In this document: in pieces, positions 38,478 to 48,502 of the stretch | How positions within the stretch are numbered: position 1 is the first letter of the stretch | How the letters are laid out: every line of letters starts with the position of its first letter | Assembly: GCA_000092065.1 (NCBI GenBank) | Contig: CP000589.1 | Length of the DNA stretch: 64,000 nucleotides | Reading direction: 5' to 3' (one strand) | From: Ostreococcus lucimarinus | Taxonomy: Eukaryota | The notes under the pieces: model-generated | Databases searched by the model: none | What the model was told of the DNA's origin: nothing | What the model saw: the letters and a program-made list of their open reading frames with translations, nothing else | Position numbers and translations under genes: made by a program

Positions 38478-38927
38478 ATGCTCCCTCGCGCCGTCCTCCG
38501 CCGCGCGCCGCCGCTCGCGCGCGCGTCCGCGCACGCCTACGCCTCCACCTCGCGCGTCGCCGACGCCATCGTGCTCCGCGACATGGAATTCTTCGCCAAA
38601 CACGGCGCGCTCGCGCCCGAGCGCGAGCTCGGTCAAAAGTTCACCGTCAACGTCGAGCTCGCGCTGTGCCTGCGCCGCGCCGGCGCGTCGGACGCCTTAG
38701 AAGACACCGTAGATTACGCCCGCGCCTGGGCGCTCGTGCGCGACGTCGTGCAGCGCGGACCGACGCGCGTGACGATCGAAGCCGTCGCCGAGGACGTGAG
38801 TCGAACGTTACTAGAAACCTTCGCGGACGTCCGCGCGTGCGTCGTGAGCGTCGACAAGCGCGAGGTGGCGATCGAGGGGCATCTCGGGTCGCTCGGCGTG
38901 CGCGTCGCCCGCGCGCGCGACGCGTGA
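38478..38927 (+). CDS. folB: Dihydroneopterin aldolase (FolB) with presequence
   Basis: IVLRDMEFFAKHGALAPERELGQKFTVNVEL...SDALEDTVDYARAWALVRDVV...IEAVAEDV matches the FolB pattern (GxxFxGxHGVxxEExxxGQxFxVD...SDDLxDTVNY). The track start 38415 is GTG. The ATG is at 38478. Confidence 0.7.
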   Translation: MLPRAVLRRAPPLARASAHAYASTSRVADAIVLRDMEFFAKHGALAPERELGQKFTVNVELALCLRRAGASDALEDTVDYARAWALVRDVVQRGPTRVTIEAVAEDVSRTLLETFADVRACVVSVDKREVAIEGHLGSLGVRVARARDA

Positions 38928-38941
38928 CGGGGCGAAAACGT

Positions 38942-38946
38942 TGTAA
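38942..38946 (+). promoter_or_regulatory. TGTAA motif about 15 nt past the FolB stop (candidate poly(A) signal)
   Basis: ggcgaaaacgttgTGTAAcgcg read directly. Confidence 0.3.
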
Positions 38947-39052
38947 CGCGATGCGTTGAGCGCTCGACGAGAGCACGAATCGCCGCACTCGCGCGCGCGC
39001 GCGACGCGGATCGCGCGCGCGACGCCGCGCGAAGCGACGAAACGCGCGCGCG

Positions 39053-40036
39053 ATGGCGAGCGCGCGCGGCGCGAGCGGCATGCCGCGCGAGGTGGACTGG
39101 GAGCGGTTGGATAAGCGGAAGTTTTTCATCACCGGTGTCGGCGTCTTCAGCGGTGTCACCATGGCGCTGTACCCGCTGAGCGTGATCAAGACGCGGCAGA
39201 TGGTTTCTGCGCACGCCACGCAGGCGCGAGTGACGGACATCGCGCGAGAGGTGATGCGAGAGCGAGGGGTTCGTGGGTTTTATAGAGGATTCGGCACCAT
39301 CGTCGTCGGGGCGATTCCCATACGGGTGGTGTATCTGAGCACGCTGGAGGCGGTCAAGGCGTACACGAACGCGGCGTTCGACGCGTGGGATGTGCCGGTG
39401 ATGTATAGGGGAGCGGCGGACGCCGCGGGGGGGGCGACGGCGAGTTTGGTTTCGCAGGCGTTGGCGGTACCCGTGGACGTTATTTCGACGCGGCAAATGG
39501 TGCAGGGGATGCGGAGCGGCGGCGCGGTCGGCGCCGAGGACGCGGTGTTCGTGGGATATAGGAACGGGTTCGACGCCGTGCGGACGATCGTGGCGAAGGA
39601 AGGCGTGCGAGGGCTGTATCGAGGATTCGGCGTGAGCGTGGCGACGCTCGTGCCGGGGAGCGCGCTGTGGTGGGGATTTTACGGAACGTACAAGCGCGCG
39701 CTGTGGCAAGTCGCCCCAGAGGATTGGCGCGATGAGGCGACGACGAGCGATGCGAAGGTGATCGCGGTGCAAGCCGCAAGCGGGGTGTGCGCGGGGATGT
39801 CGAGCGGGTTTCTCACCACGCCTCTGGACGTCGTCAAGACGCGCCTCCAAGTTCTTAGCGGGCAGCCGGGAGGGGAGAAGAATAACTTGTCGAGCACGGT
39901 AAGCACTATTTATCGCGAGCACGGCGCGCTCGGGTTCTTTCGAGGCGTCCGGCCTCGCATGGTGAGTGTATCCATATGGGGCACGGTGATGGTGAACGTT
40001 TACGAGATAACGAAGAGAATGGCCATCAAAGAATAA
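39053..40036 (+). CDS. Mitochondrial carrier family protein, SLC25A44-like
   Basis: Three Mito_carr repeats (PLSVIKTRQMV, PVDVISTRQMV, PLDVVKTRLQV). The N-terminal VDWERLDKRKFF and SALWWGFY match my recollection of SLC25A44 (IEWEHLDKKKFY, SAVWWPFY). ATG verified. Confidence 0.8.
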   Translation: MASARGASGMPREVDWERLDKRKFFITGVGVFSGVTMALYPLSVIKTRQMVSAHATQARVTDIAREVMRERGVRGFYRGFGTIVVGAIPIRVVYLSTLEAVKAYTNAAFDAWDVPVMYRGAADAAGGATASLVSQALAVPVDVISTRQMVQGMRSGGAVGAEDAVFVGYRNGFDAVRTIVAKEGVRGLYRGFGVSVATLVPGSALWWGFYGTYKRALWQVAPEDWRDEATTSDAKVIAVQAASGVCAGMSSGFLTTPLDVVKTRLQVLSGQPGGEKNNLSSTVSTIYREHGALGFFRGVRPRMVSVSIWGTVMVNVYEITKRMAIKE

Positions 40037-40159
40037 AGCAACGTTTCGGCAAACGAAAACAAATCGCTAGCATTATTATCATCCATCATTTTTCGCCGTC
40101 TTTAGTCTCGACGGCTCCTTGTAGCGAGCGTATGCTCCGTGTAGAAAACTAAAATCGGA

Positions 40160-40705
40160 TCAAGTCGTGGCGTGCACGTCGTGCAGCTGCGCTATGTATG
40201 CTTTCGCCTCCGCTACGCGATTACTCATCGCCTCAACGCGATCGGCACGTTCAAGACTGTCCAAAACGATTTTCCACGCGGTGCGCTCTATATCAGCCTC
40301 CATTTCGTCGAAGATCTCTTCCGCTCGCTCGTGCAATTCTCTCATCGTTTGTCTCGCCGCGTGGAGGCTCGACATCGCGTTATCAATCGCTTGCGCCGCC
40401 TCGACGGCGCTCTCGCGACACTCATCATCATCATCGCCCTCAAACCGCGATGTGAACTGAGAGAGTGCCTTCTCGAGTTCGGCGAGCCGCGAATCATCCG
40501 GCGTCGTGGACCCCTCGAGCACTCGCGTCGCCGGTTCATCTTCCCTCGCGCGTGCGTCCATGGCGTCGTCCATGGCCTCGTCGTCCACTGCGCTCACCGT
40601 TCGATCGCTTCGCGCGCTCCCTTCGACGTGATCGTCGTTCTCGCGCGGGTGCTTCGGTCGAGGAGTCGTGTCGTTCTCACGCGGGCGCTTCGATCGAGGA
40701 GGCAT
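40160..40705 (-). CDS. Small acidic hypothetical protein (181 aa)
   Basis: Complete ATG-to-stop ORF with balanced acidic helical composition. The N-terminus carries a 35-nt tandem duplication (RSKRPREND / RPKHPREND). No family recognised. Confidence 0.35.
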   Translation of the reverse strand: MPPRSKRPRENDTTPRPKHPRENDDHVEGSARSDRTVSAVDDEAMDDAMDARAREDEPATRVLEGSTTPDDSRLAELEKALSQFTSRFEGDDDDECRESAVEAAQAIDNAMSSLHAARQTMRELHERAEEIFDEMEADIERTAWKIVLDSLERADRVEAMSNRVAEAKAYIAQLHDVHATT

Positions 40706-40772
40706 CGCGCGTCGAAGTGTGCTTGCTTATTCTTTACATTGGTGGTTGACATCGTCGTCTGTGATCGTGGAG

Positions 40773-41867
40773 CTATTCAGAGCGGCGCCACTCCGCGTTG
40801 TCGATCGCACGGCTTCGATCGGTATCGAAAATCCTGAATAGTAAATCAAATACTTCCGTCTCGCTCGGCGCTCCGACGTTCCCGGCTTCGGTGCGCATGA
40901 CGTCGCGAAGCGCCTCGCGAGTCACCGAAGATCCGTCGACGCCGGAAAAGGCGTTGTCGAGCGAATCGAGATTCCCGAGAATATACTGCATCGACGCTAG
41001 CTCGCCCGCGCGAGCGCTCGTAAGCTCACCAGCCTTGCGGAATCTGCGCATGAACGCGTACCAAACCGCAGTGGAACCGATGAGGATACCGCCAGCGACG
41101 CTCCAGAATACTCCAATCGGCGCGGTTTCCAAGCCGTGCGGCATATTCATGCCTCCGAGACCCGCCGGCACCGCGGCTACGGCGGCGGAGAGGGCGAAGA
41201 CAGTTGCCCTAAAGTTCATCTGTACGGTACGATTCCTATCACCGTCGAGCTGAAGTTCCCAGAGTTCGCGCGCGCTGTCTAGATCCGCACTAAGCTCTCG
41301 CACTAAGCCTCCGACGGCTGCCAAGCGTCTGGCGTGGCTCGCCAGCACGTCCGTCACCGCGTCGTTTCGCTCCTCCGCCGCCTTTTCGTCGAACACAACA
41401 TCCATGGGTGTCGGTACCAAGTTTGTCGTCGTCATCGCCGCGTTTAACGCTTCCGAGGCTTCGCGAGCGTCTTGCTCAAACTCCTTAATCGCGCGACGAA
41501 TCGGCGGCAACTTTTGCCACTGCGCCGCGTTGTAATTCAAGCTCCCTCCCGTCACGATCCCGCTCTTCCCATCGCCTCGCAAATCGCTCGAGATCTCATC
41601 CACGCAGTGCCTCGCCAACCGCCGCAACCTAAATATTTTTTCTTCAAAATATCGCGAGCTCGCCTCGAGCGCGCACTCGAGCGCCGCCAGCGGAAAATCC
41701 TTCACCGTCCGCGCCTCCGCCCCCGCGCTTCCCTCCGCCGCGTCTCGTTCGCCGACCCACGTCCGCAGCGTATCCACGATGTTCTTCGCCACGCGCGTCG
41801 CCGGTTCGAACACGTACGCGCACTTCGGTCCGACGAGCGTCGTCGTCGGCCCCATTCGCACAACCAT
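40773..41867 (-). CDS. MRS2: CorA/MRS2-family magnesium transporter
   Basis: Signature GMN at the end of TM1 (AGLGGMNMPHGLE). This is preceded by LQLDGDRNRTVQMNF (the LDxxRNxxI coiled region) and followed by two C-terminal TM helices. The track start 41888 is GTG. The ATG is at 41867. Confidence 0.75.
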   Translation of the reverse strand: MVVRMGPTTTLVGPKCAYVFEPATRVAKNIVDTLRTWVGERDAAEGSAGAEARTVKDFPLAALECALEASSRYFEEKIFRLRRLARHCVDEISSDLRGDGKSGIVTGGSLNYNAAQWQKLPPIRRAIKEFEQDAREASEALNAAMTTTNLVPTPMDVVFDEKAAEERNDAVTDVLASHARRLAAVGGLVRELSADLDSARELWELQLDGDRNRTVQMNFRATVFALSAAVAAVPAGLGGMNMPHGLETAPIGVFWSVAGGILIGSTAVWYAFMRRFRKAGELTSARAGELASMQYILGNLDSLDNAFSGVDGSSVTREALRDVMRTEAGNVGAPSETEVFDLLFRIFDTDRSRAIDNAEWRRSE

Positions 41868-42160
41868 CGCCCCGTTCGCCCTTCGCACGAGCGCGCTCGG
41901 CGCGCTCGCGAACGACGCTCGGCTCGACGCGTGTTCCAGCAGCGCCCAATCCCGCGGTCGCAGCGTCGCCAGCAGTCCCGCGGCGCTCGGTCGCGCGTCC
42001 GGTCGCGCGCGGAGCGTCAGCGTCGCGACGTCCTCGTCGCGCGCGACGAGCGCGTCGTTCGCGCGCGCCGCGTCGCGCGTCGCGCGCGCGCGCGGTCGCG
42101 CGCGCGTCGCGCGACGGCGCGGACGCGGGATCCGAATCGATTCGCGTTCGTTACGACGTC

Positions 42161-43501
42161 GTGCGCGCGCGCGCGACGGCGGCGCTGCGTCGCGTCCTCG
42201 ACGACGGCGCGGACGCGAGCGCGGTGCTGCGCAAGGCGCTCAGGCCGGGAACGGCGCGCGTGACGAACGACGAGCGCGCGGCGATCGCGCGCGCGACGCT
42301 CGGCGCGACGGCGTGGCGACTCAGGTTGGAAGCCGAACTCGCGAGCGCGACGAGGCACGGAACGCGCGAGGCGCGCGCGTGCGCGGAACGCGCGGGCGAT
42401 CGAGCGGAGAAGTTGATTTTGATGTACTGGAGCGGCGATCGGGGCTCGGGGGGGAGGGCGGTGGTGCCGAGCGCGGAGGACGCGCGCGCGATGTACGGCG
42501 ACGGCGCGGCGGATTTGAGAATCGCGGCGAGGGAGGAAAACGTGCGTTGGTCGAGCGACGACGCGATCGCGGTGGGGCAGAAAACCGCGCTGCCGCGACC
42601 TTTGGTGGATGCGCTGATTCGAGAGTATGGACGAGAGGAGGCGCTGGCGTTCGGAGCGGCGATAAACGCGCCGGGACCGGTGACGTGTCGAGCCAACGGC
42701 GCGCTCGCGCGCGGGGGCGCGGATGAGGTGGCGGCGATGCTCGCGAGGGAAGGCATCAGGACGGAGAAGACGAAGTATGGACTTGCGGCGCCGCTCGCGT
42801 TCGTCCTTCCCGATGGGCCGCCGAAAAACGGCGGGATCTTTGGATGCGACGTCTGGCGTCGCGGATACTTTGAAGTCATGGACGAGGGGTCGCAGTGCAT
42901 CGCAAACGCCGTCGGCGCGCGAGAAGGCGAGCGCATCTTGGACGCGTGCGCGGGAAACGGCGGAAAAACACTCGCCATGGCGGCGAACATGAATGGACAC
43001 GGCGAAATATGCGCGTTTGACATCGACAAACGACGTTTATTGCACTTGAAGGCGAACGCGGCGCGCGCGCGCGTCGACGCGCTGGTGACGACGACGGAAT
43101 CGCTCGACGAATTAGCCTCGGAATCGTTCGATGCGATTCTCGTCGACGCTCCGTGCTCGTCCGTCGGTGCTTTACGACGAACACCATCGCTACGTCACTC
43201 GTACGACGATCCGCGCGAGCTGGCAAAGGTCCAGGCGGAAATTCTCGACGGCGTCGCTCGTTTGCTAAAGCCAGGCGGGCGATTGGTGTACGCGACGTGT
43301 TCGGTGTTGTCGATCGAAAATCAAGACGTCGCCGAGGCGTTTGAAAGAAAGCACGACGATTTTGCGCCTTGGCCGTTCGAGGACTCGGTGCTCACGTCGC
43401 CCGCGGTCGAGTTGCGATCGCACGAACGTTTGTTTCTACCACACGTGCACGGAACGGATGGATTCTTCATCGCGCGTTTTGTTCGAAGAACCGCTGATTA
43501 A
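42161..43501 (+). CDS. NOL1/NOP2/Sun-family RNA (cytosine-5)-methyltransferase (RsmB-like) with NusB-like N-terminal domain; start codon unresolved
   Basis: SAM-binding ILDACAGNGGKT, catalytic DAPCSSVGALRR and GGRLVYATCSV (TCS) motifs. The frame is open from 42161 (GTG). The first in-frame ATG is only at 42422, and there is no ATG in the 280-bp upstream spacer. Confidence 0.75.
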   Translation: MRARATAALRRVLDDGADASAVLRKALRPGTARVTNDERAAIARATLGATAWRLRLEAELASATRHGTREARACAERAGDRAEKLILMYWSGDRGSGGRAVVPSAEDARAMYGDGAADLRIAAREENVRWSSDDAIAVGQKTALPRPLVDALIREYGREEALAFGAAINAPGPVTCRANGALARGGADEVAAMLAREGIRTEKTKYGLAAPLAFVLPDGPPKNGGIFGCDVWRRGYFEVMDEGSQCIANAVGAREGERILDACAGNGGKTLAMAANMNGHGEICAFDIDKRRLLHLKANAARARVDALVTTTESLDELASESFDAILVDAPCSSVGALRRTPSLRHSYDDPRELAKVQAEILDGVARLLKPGGRLVYATCSVLSIENQDVAEAFERKHDDFAPWPFEDSVLTSPAVELRSHERLFLPHVHGTDGFFIARFVRRTAD

Positions 43502-43518
43502 AACTTCTAGTCTAGATT

Positions 43519-45834
43519 CTAGGTTGTCTTTCTAAGCCTGAGTAGCATTCTAATTTCCGCGATATTCTCGTGAGCGTGAGCTTCGAGTTCATACACGAAA
43601 TCATCAAGCGCATCTTCCGGTACGACGAGCAAATTCAGGCGAGTCGACAGAGCTTCGAATCGCTCGATGCTCTCGCGAGCTGTCATCGTCTTTCGTACCC
43701 ATGAAACGTACGCGTTGACGTCGAGCTTGAGTTGCATAGCGCCAACTATGGTATACGTATATCTGCACACGTGTCTGAAGAGCAAGGAATAAAATTGAGC
43801 GCCGATTTCATTCAAGAGCGTCGCCGCGTTTGCCGAATCCAAGCATTCGAGCGTCGTCTTCGCCAAACCGTCGAGAGCATCAACCACGGCTACGCACGCC
43901 TCTGTCTCACGCTCGGCAAACGATGATTCGTCATTGAAGTCTACCGCTCGCTGCGTACCACGGAATTTAGCGTCCACTAGCGTCATGCCGCGCGTCGTCA
44001 TGGCCTCTAAGACCTCCGACATTTCCTCGGCGAGTCGGCTTTGCGCGACGGCAAACATTTGCCGCACTGTGCCAGGAGAGAGCTCCGAGTTCATCGTATC
44101 GATCGCATCGCGCGCACGTGCGAGCCACGCGTTCATGTTCCTGGAAGCGAGCAACACGGGCTCGAACACATCGGCGCGTGCTTCTTCACGCGTCGTCCAG
44201 GCGTTGAGACGCGCGCTCGCCGACTTTGTCGCCGCAATCGATTCGCGAAGATGCCTCTGCGCGAGACGGGTGACGCGGCCCAGGAATGCCTCGGCGAGCC
44301 GTGCTCGCACGCTTTCAATCGAAGTCCCAGGCACGCACGATTCGACTCGAAGAAGCGCTTCTTTGTAACGAGCACATAAATCATCCAGAGAGAACTCAGT
44401 CGCGTCGCGCTGCGGCAAGACGTCGTCATCGCTGGGCACCGAGTCCAAACAAGCGCACTCATCGTCCACGAGCGTCTCACACCCGATGCCAAAAAACACG
44501 TCCGGATCGATCGCCTCAACGTCTGCGTCGTCGTTCGTCATTTCACGTATCGCGCGATTCAAAATCTCAATCTCGCGCAACGACAGCGCCGTGAGTGCCA
44601 GGCGCTGCCGAAGCGACGCTGCGGTGCGCAATTCGGTGGTGAGAAAAGTCTCAACGTACGCCCCGATTCGCTGCTCCGCGATCCGATGCACGAGAGTGTT
44701 AAGAACGACGATAGCGCGCGAATCGAACGCGGCGGTAATCGATTGAAATTCCCTTTTCACCGCGCTTTGAATTTGCGCAAAAAATGTGCGAACGCACTCG
44801 GTGCACAAAGATTCATCCTCGCCGAGAATCACCGATCGCTCGACGACGTTACGAAGGCGTTGAATCTCTTCCATCGCGTTCGCAGAGATGAACATTTCAC
44901 GGCTCGCGACGTACCGCGAGACGACGCTGTGTCCGCCGTTGAACTCAAATAACGCCTCAGCGTCGGCTCGCGCTGCTGCGTACGACTTATTCGCGCACGC
45001 CGCGGCAAATTTGTCCAAAAGTGCGTTTTCAACGTCTTCACAGTACCTTTGCAACGCCGTCGAGGCGTCCTTGAGCGCTAATCGCTCCGCGCCCGCGTCC
45101 TCGTCCGCGATGCGACACGACTGCGCGCGTTCGACGACGGAGAGTGATCTTTTCGCCAAGCGTCCCGCTTCGCCTCGTCGCGCCGCGTCCGCAAACAGTC
45201 CATCGCACGCCTTCGCGACCGCTTCGCCACCCTTAGAAAACGCACACACGCACTCCAAAACATCAGCCAACGTCCCCAACGCGTCGGCGCGTCGACTCGC
45301 GCTCGCAGCTTCCGCGTTCGCCGGCGACTCCAACCGTTCCAACACGCGTTCCGTCATTAACGACGCCCTCGCCATGTCCTCGCACACACTTTCGCGTTCT
45401 ACCGCGTGTTTCTTCACCGTCTCCCGCAGTGTGCGCGCCGCGCCCTCCGCGCTCGCTCGCCGAAGCTCGGCGCGCGCCGCGCTCTCCGCCCTTCGTCGCT
45501 CCAGCGCGTCAACCACCTTCTGCGCGCCCGCGATCGCGTCCTCCACCCCTCCGCGCGCGGCTTCGGCGCAGAGTGACACCGCGACGTCGCGCGCGCGCCT
45601 CGCGCCGTGCTGCGCGCGTCGATGCGAGTCAGTCACCGCGCGTCGTCTCGACAAAGTTCGTTGGTTCGAGTTGGTTCGAAAGACGACGCGAAACGCACCT
45701 CGGCGAAGGCTTCGAGGGACGTGGAGACATCGTCGAGCGCGCGGTCGAGGGCGGCGACATCCATGCGTCGCGCGCGCGTCGCGCGCGAGGGCCGACGCGA
45801 CGGAGTCTGTGGCTTCGCCTCGCCGTCGCGCCAA
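43519..45834 (-). CDS. Probable exocyst complex component Sec10 (EXOC5)-like helical protein; start uncertain
   Basis: About 770 aa and all-helical. The C-terminal FRHVCRYTYTIVGAMQLKLDVNAYVSWVRK...FEALSTRLNLLVVPEDAL fits the Sec10 C-terminal pattern from memory (h.k.f.vs.GG..L..D...Y...V...FE.L.EL.NL.LV.PENL). The track start 45834 is TTG. Confidence 0.45.
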   Translation of the reverse strand: MARRRGEATDSVASALARDARATHGCRRPRPRARRCLHVPRSLRRGAFRVVFRTNSNQRTLSRRRAVTDSHRRAQHGARRARDVAVSLCAEAARGGVEDAIAGAQKVVDALERRRAESAARAELRRASAEGAARTLRETVKKHAVERESVCEDMARASLMTERVLERLESPANAEAASASRRADALGTLADVLECVCAFSKGGEAVAKACDGLFADAARRGEAGRLAKRSLSVVERAQSCRIADEDAGAERLALKDASTALQRYCEDVENALLDKFAAACANKSYAAARADAEALFEFNGGHSVVSRYVASREMFISANAMEEIQRLRNVVERSVILGEDESLCTECVRTFFAQIQSAVKREFQSITAAFDSRAIVVLNTLVHRIAEQRIGAYVETFLTTELRTAASLRQRLALTALSLREIEILNRAIREMTNDDADVEAIDPDVFFGIGCETLVDDECACLDSVPSDDDVLPQRDATEFSLDDLCARYKEALLRVESCVPGTSIESVRARLAEAFLGRVTRLAQRHLRESIAATKSASARLNAWTTREEARADVFEPVLLASRNMNAWLARARDAIDTMNSELSPGTVRQMFAVAQSRLAEEMSEVLEAMTTRGMTLVDAKFRGTQRAVDFNDESSFAERETEACVAVVDALDGLAKTTLECLDSANAATLLNEIGAQFYSLLFRHVCRYTYTIVGAMQLKLDVNAYVSWVRKTMTARESIERFEALSTRLNLLVVPEDALDDFVYELEAHAHENIAEIRMLLRLRKTT

Positions 45835-45950
45835 AGCGACAAAACGGATTCAGTTTACAATAACAATGAAATGTGTGTGATTGAGCTGCTCGCGAACGGT
45901 TCTCGGGCGAAATGCGCGCGAGCGTTCGGTGAGCCTTCGCGCCGAACGCG

Positions 45951-47000
45951 CTAGTCGATGAAGATGCGCCGAAGCGGGTCTCTGGCGAGTTCGCGCATGC
46001 GCGCGTCGTAGTGCAACTGCGCCCAGCGCGCCTTGCCGCCGTCCGATTCCATATCCCGCCTAAACTGTCGCGCCACGTCGTCGCCGATGATGCTCAGGGG
46101 TGAACCGGTGGACATGGCTAAGATTTGCACCTCCGCCGCGCGCTCGAGATAGTACAAATCATCGAACGCCTCGGCGACGGAGGCGCCGCACACGATGACG
46201 CCGTGATGCTTGTGCATCAACACCCGTTTCCCATCCATCACCTTCACCAATCGCTCGCCCTCGGTGTTATCCAACACCAATCCGTTAAAAGTCGGGTCGT
46301 ACGCCACGTCTTCGGCGAATCGCAACGAGTTTTGATGACACATCGCCAACTCGAACGACTCCACGCAACACAGCGCGCTCGCGCGCGGCATGTGCGTGTG
46401 CAGCACGCACGCCACTCCCGCGCGGTGTATCGCGAGATGTATAAAAAACGCCGTCGCGTCCACCTCTCCCGACCCCTCGAGCAACTTCCCGCGCCCATCG
46501 ATCATCACCAGATTACTCGCCGAGACCTCGCTCCACGCCAACCCGTACGGCGCGCACAGAAACGCATCCTCTCGCCCCGGCGCCGCGCACGTCAGGTGAT
46601 TGCACACGCCCTCGTTGAATCCAAGCTTATCGCACAGCTGATAGCACGCCGCGAGCTCGACGCGCGCGCGCCAGACGTCGGCGTCGTACCCTTCGATCGG
46701 CGGCGTGAGGTCGACGTTCCGCCAGGGGTCGCGCCGCGCCGCCGCGTCGCCGTCGCCGACGCGCGGGTACGCGCGCCTCGGCGCGTCGTCCGCCATCTCG
46801 CGCGCGCGCCGGTGCCTCGCGCGCGTCGCGCGTCGCGCCGTGACGTCGTCGCGTCGAGCGCCCGCGACCGACCGATAGCCGCTGACTGTTTGCGCATACG
46901 CGTCATCCGCGACCGACGGCGCGACGCTTCGTATATCGCGCGCCGCGTCGGCGGCGACACATCGCGACGGCGCGCCGCGCGCGCGGAGGCGCGACGCCAT
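45951..47000 (-). CDS. Class II aldolase/adducin N-terminal-domain protein (fuculose-phosphate-aldolase-like)
   Basis: ELAACYQLCDKLGFNEGVCNHLT...ATAFFIHLAIHRAGVACVLHTHMPRASAL...HHGVIVCGASVAEAF matches the Aldolase_II domain, including the HTH metal-binding motif. ATG at 47000 verified. The first ~70 residues are an Arg-rich presequence or leader. Confidence 0.75.
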   Translation of the reverse strand: MASRLRARGAPSRCVAADAARDIRSVAPSVADDAYAQTVSGYRSVAGARRDDVTARRATRARHRRAREMADDAPRRAYPRVGDGDAAARRDPWRNVDLTPPIEGYDADVWRARVELAACYQLCDKLGFNEGVCNHLTCAAPGREDAFLCAPYGLAWSEVSASNLVMIDGRGKLLEGSGEVDATAFFIHLAIHRAGVACVLHTHMPRASALCCVESFELAMCHQNSLRFAEDVAYDPTFNGLVLDNTEGERLVKVMDGKRVLMHKHHGVIVCGASVAEAFDDLYYLERAAEVQILAMSTGSPLSIIGDDVARQFRRDMESDGGKARWAQLHYDARMRELARDPLRRIFID

Positions 47001-47236
47001 GCTCGACGTCGACGGCGACGAGTGCGAGGACGCGGTGCGCGCGCGATCGCGCGAGCGCGGTTCGAGCGCGCGCGCGACGCGCGAGACGCGCGATGCGCGC
47101 GAAAGATGGCGACGGCGGCGGCGACGCGGCGAGTCATCTTGCGCGCGCGAGGACGACGCGCGGCGACTGACGGCGCGAATGGCGCGCGCGATAGGGGCAC
47201 GAACGCGTGCGACGAGCGATCGAGGCGCTGGAGGTG

Positions 47237-48502
47237 ATGACGGGGGCGGCGGCGAGGCGGGAGGGGGTGGCGAGGCTGTGCGCGGAGATGACGGCTGGGG
47301 CGAGCCGGGCGTCGCTGGCGGAGGCGCTCGGCGCGAGGCCGGTGCTGATCAAGGCGCTCGATCGCGCGGTGCGGGATGACGACGAGATGATGATGGACGC
47401 GATCGGGAGCGCGCTGGGGAAGGCGTCGGAGATGGCGAAGAGGGAGAGTTCGGTGGAGTTGCGGTCGGTGGCGGGGAGTCAGGTGGGCGAACGCGCGGGG
47501 GCGAAGCCGTCGACGCTCGAGGTGCGGCTTCCGGTGTCTGATATAGTCGTTCGAGTGCACGAGAGCGAATGGCGCGACGCTGGGTTGGCCTGGCGCGTCT
47601 GGGGGTCGTCGCAGATCATGTCGAGGTGTTTAGATGCGGCGCCCGAGCTTGTGCGAGCGCTCGACGTGTTGGAAATCGGCGCCGGGTGCGGGCTCGCGGG
47701 GTTGACGGCGGCGCGTGTGGGCGCGAAGCGCGTGCGCATCACCGACGGTGCGCCGGGGGCGATAGATGCGATCGCGCGGAGCGTGAGCGAGCTGCCGCCC
47801 GAGTGTGCGGCGACCACAAAGGCGATGTTTCTAGACTTTCGCGACGACGACGACATCTTAGCGGGCGTCGTCTCGCTTGAGCAAGCCCGCGCATCGAATG
47901 AGGCGAGGCACTGGGTGCACGCGCGCTCCGCAGCGCACAAATCAATGATTGAGTCGTGTAAACTTCCCGTCGACGACGTCTTCGACGTTGTCTTGGCGAC
48001 GGATGTTTTGTATTCCGACGAACACGCTGCGCCGCTCGCCGCGAGTCTCACGCGACGAATTCGGCCGGGAGGATGCGGCTACATTCTCAACGTGTGTCGC
48101 CACGGAGGCATTCTCGCCGACTTTACGCACGCTCTGCTGTCTCGAGGGATGCGGTTGCAAATATCCGCCATCGAACGTTTCGACGGCGAGGACGACGTCA
48201 AGGAATACCAAGGCGGTCATTTGCACCGCGCCCTGCCGCCGCAAGCCGACGCCTGGTGGACGGCGAGCGCGAAAGAGCTCGTCAAGTTTGGCGCGTCCAC
48301 CATCGTCGCCGACGAAGAAGCGTCTATCGCCATGCTCGCTGACGTCGACGTCTTGCGGGAATTCATGACTTCCTTCGAAGGACGCTTCATATTCATTCGC
48401 GTCTCGAGACCGGATATCGACGCCACCGAGACGCCGGCGATATCCGACCGCGCGCCCTCCACGCGAGCGTCCTCGCCCGAAGACGCCACGGCGTCGTCGT
48501 AA
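47237..48502 (+). CDS. Putative protein-lysine methyltransferase (Methyltransf_16 / METTL21-FAM86-like seven-beta-strand MTase)
   Basis: GLAWRVWGSSQIMSRCL...VLEIGAGCGLAGLTAARVGAKRVRITDG is motif I with the upstream W-rich lid of the family. There is a post-I acidic Asp (DVLYSDE). The track start 47207 is GTG. The ATG is at 47237. Confidence 0.6.
   Translation: MTGAAARREGVARLCAEMTAGASRASLAEALGARPVLIKALDRAVRDDDEMMMDAIGSALGKASEMAKRESSVELRSVAGSQVGERAGAKPSTLEVRLPVSDIVVRVHESEWRDAGLAWRVWGSSQIMSRCLDAAPELVRALDVLEIGAGCGLAGLTAARVGAKRVRITDGAPGAIDAIARSVSELPPECAATTKAMFLDFRDDDDILAGVVSLEQARASNEARHWVHARSAAHKSMIESCKLPVDDVFDVVLATDVLYSDEHAAPLAASLTRRIRPGGCGYILNVCRHGGILADFTHALLSRGMRLQISAIERFDGEDDVKEYQGGHLHRALPPQADAWWTASAKELVKFGASTIVADEEASIAMLADVDVLREFMTSFEGRFIFIRVSRPDIDATETPAISDRAPSTRASSPEDATASS

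Noticed and set aside
46125-47560. Two overlapping about 350-aa ORFs (plus 46125..47237, minus 46592..47560)
   Set aside because: Both are Arg-rich. The first is antisense to the class II aldolase gene. The second covers the divergent promoter and the methyltransferase 5' end.
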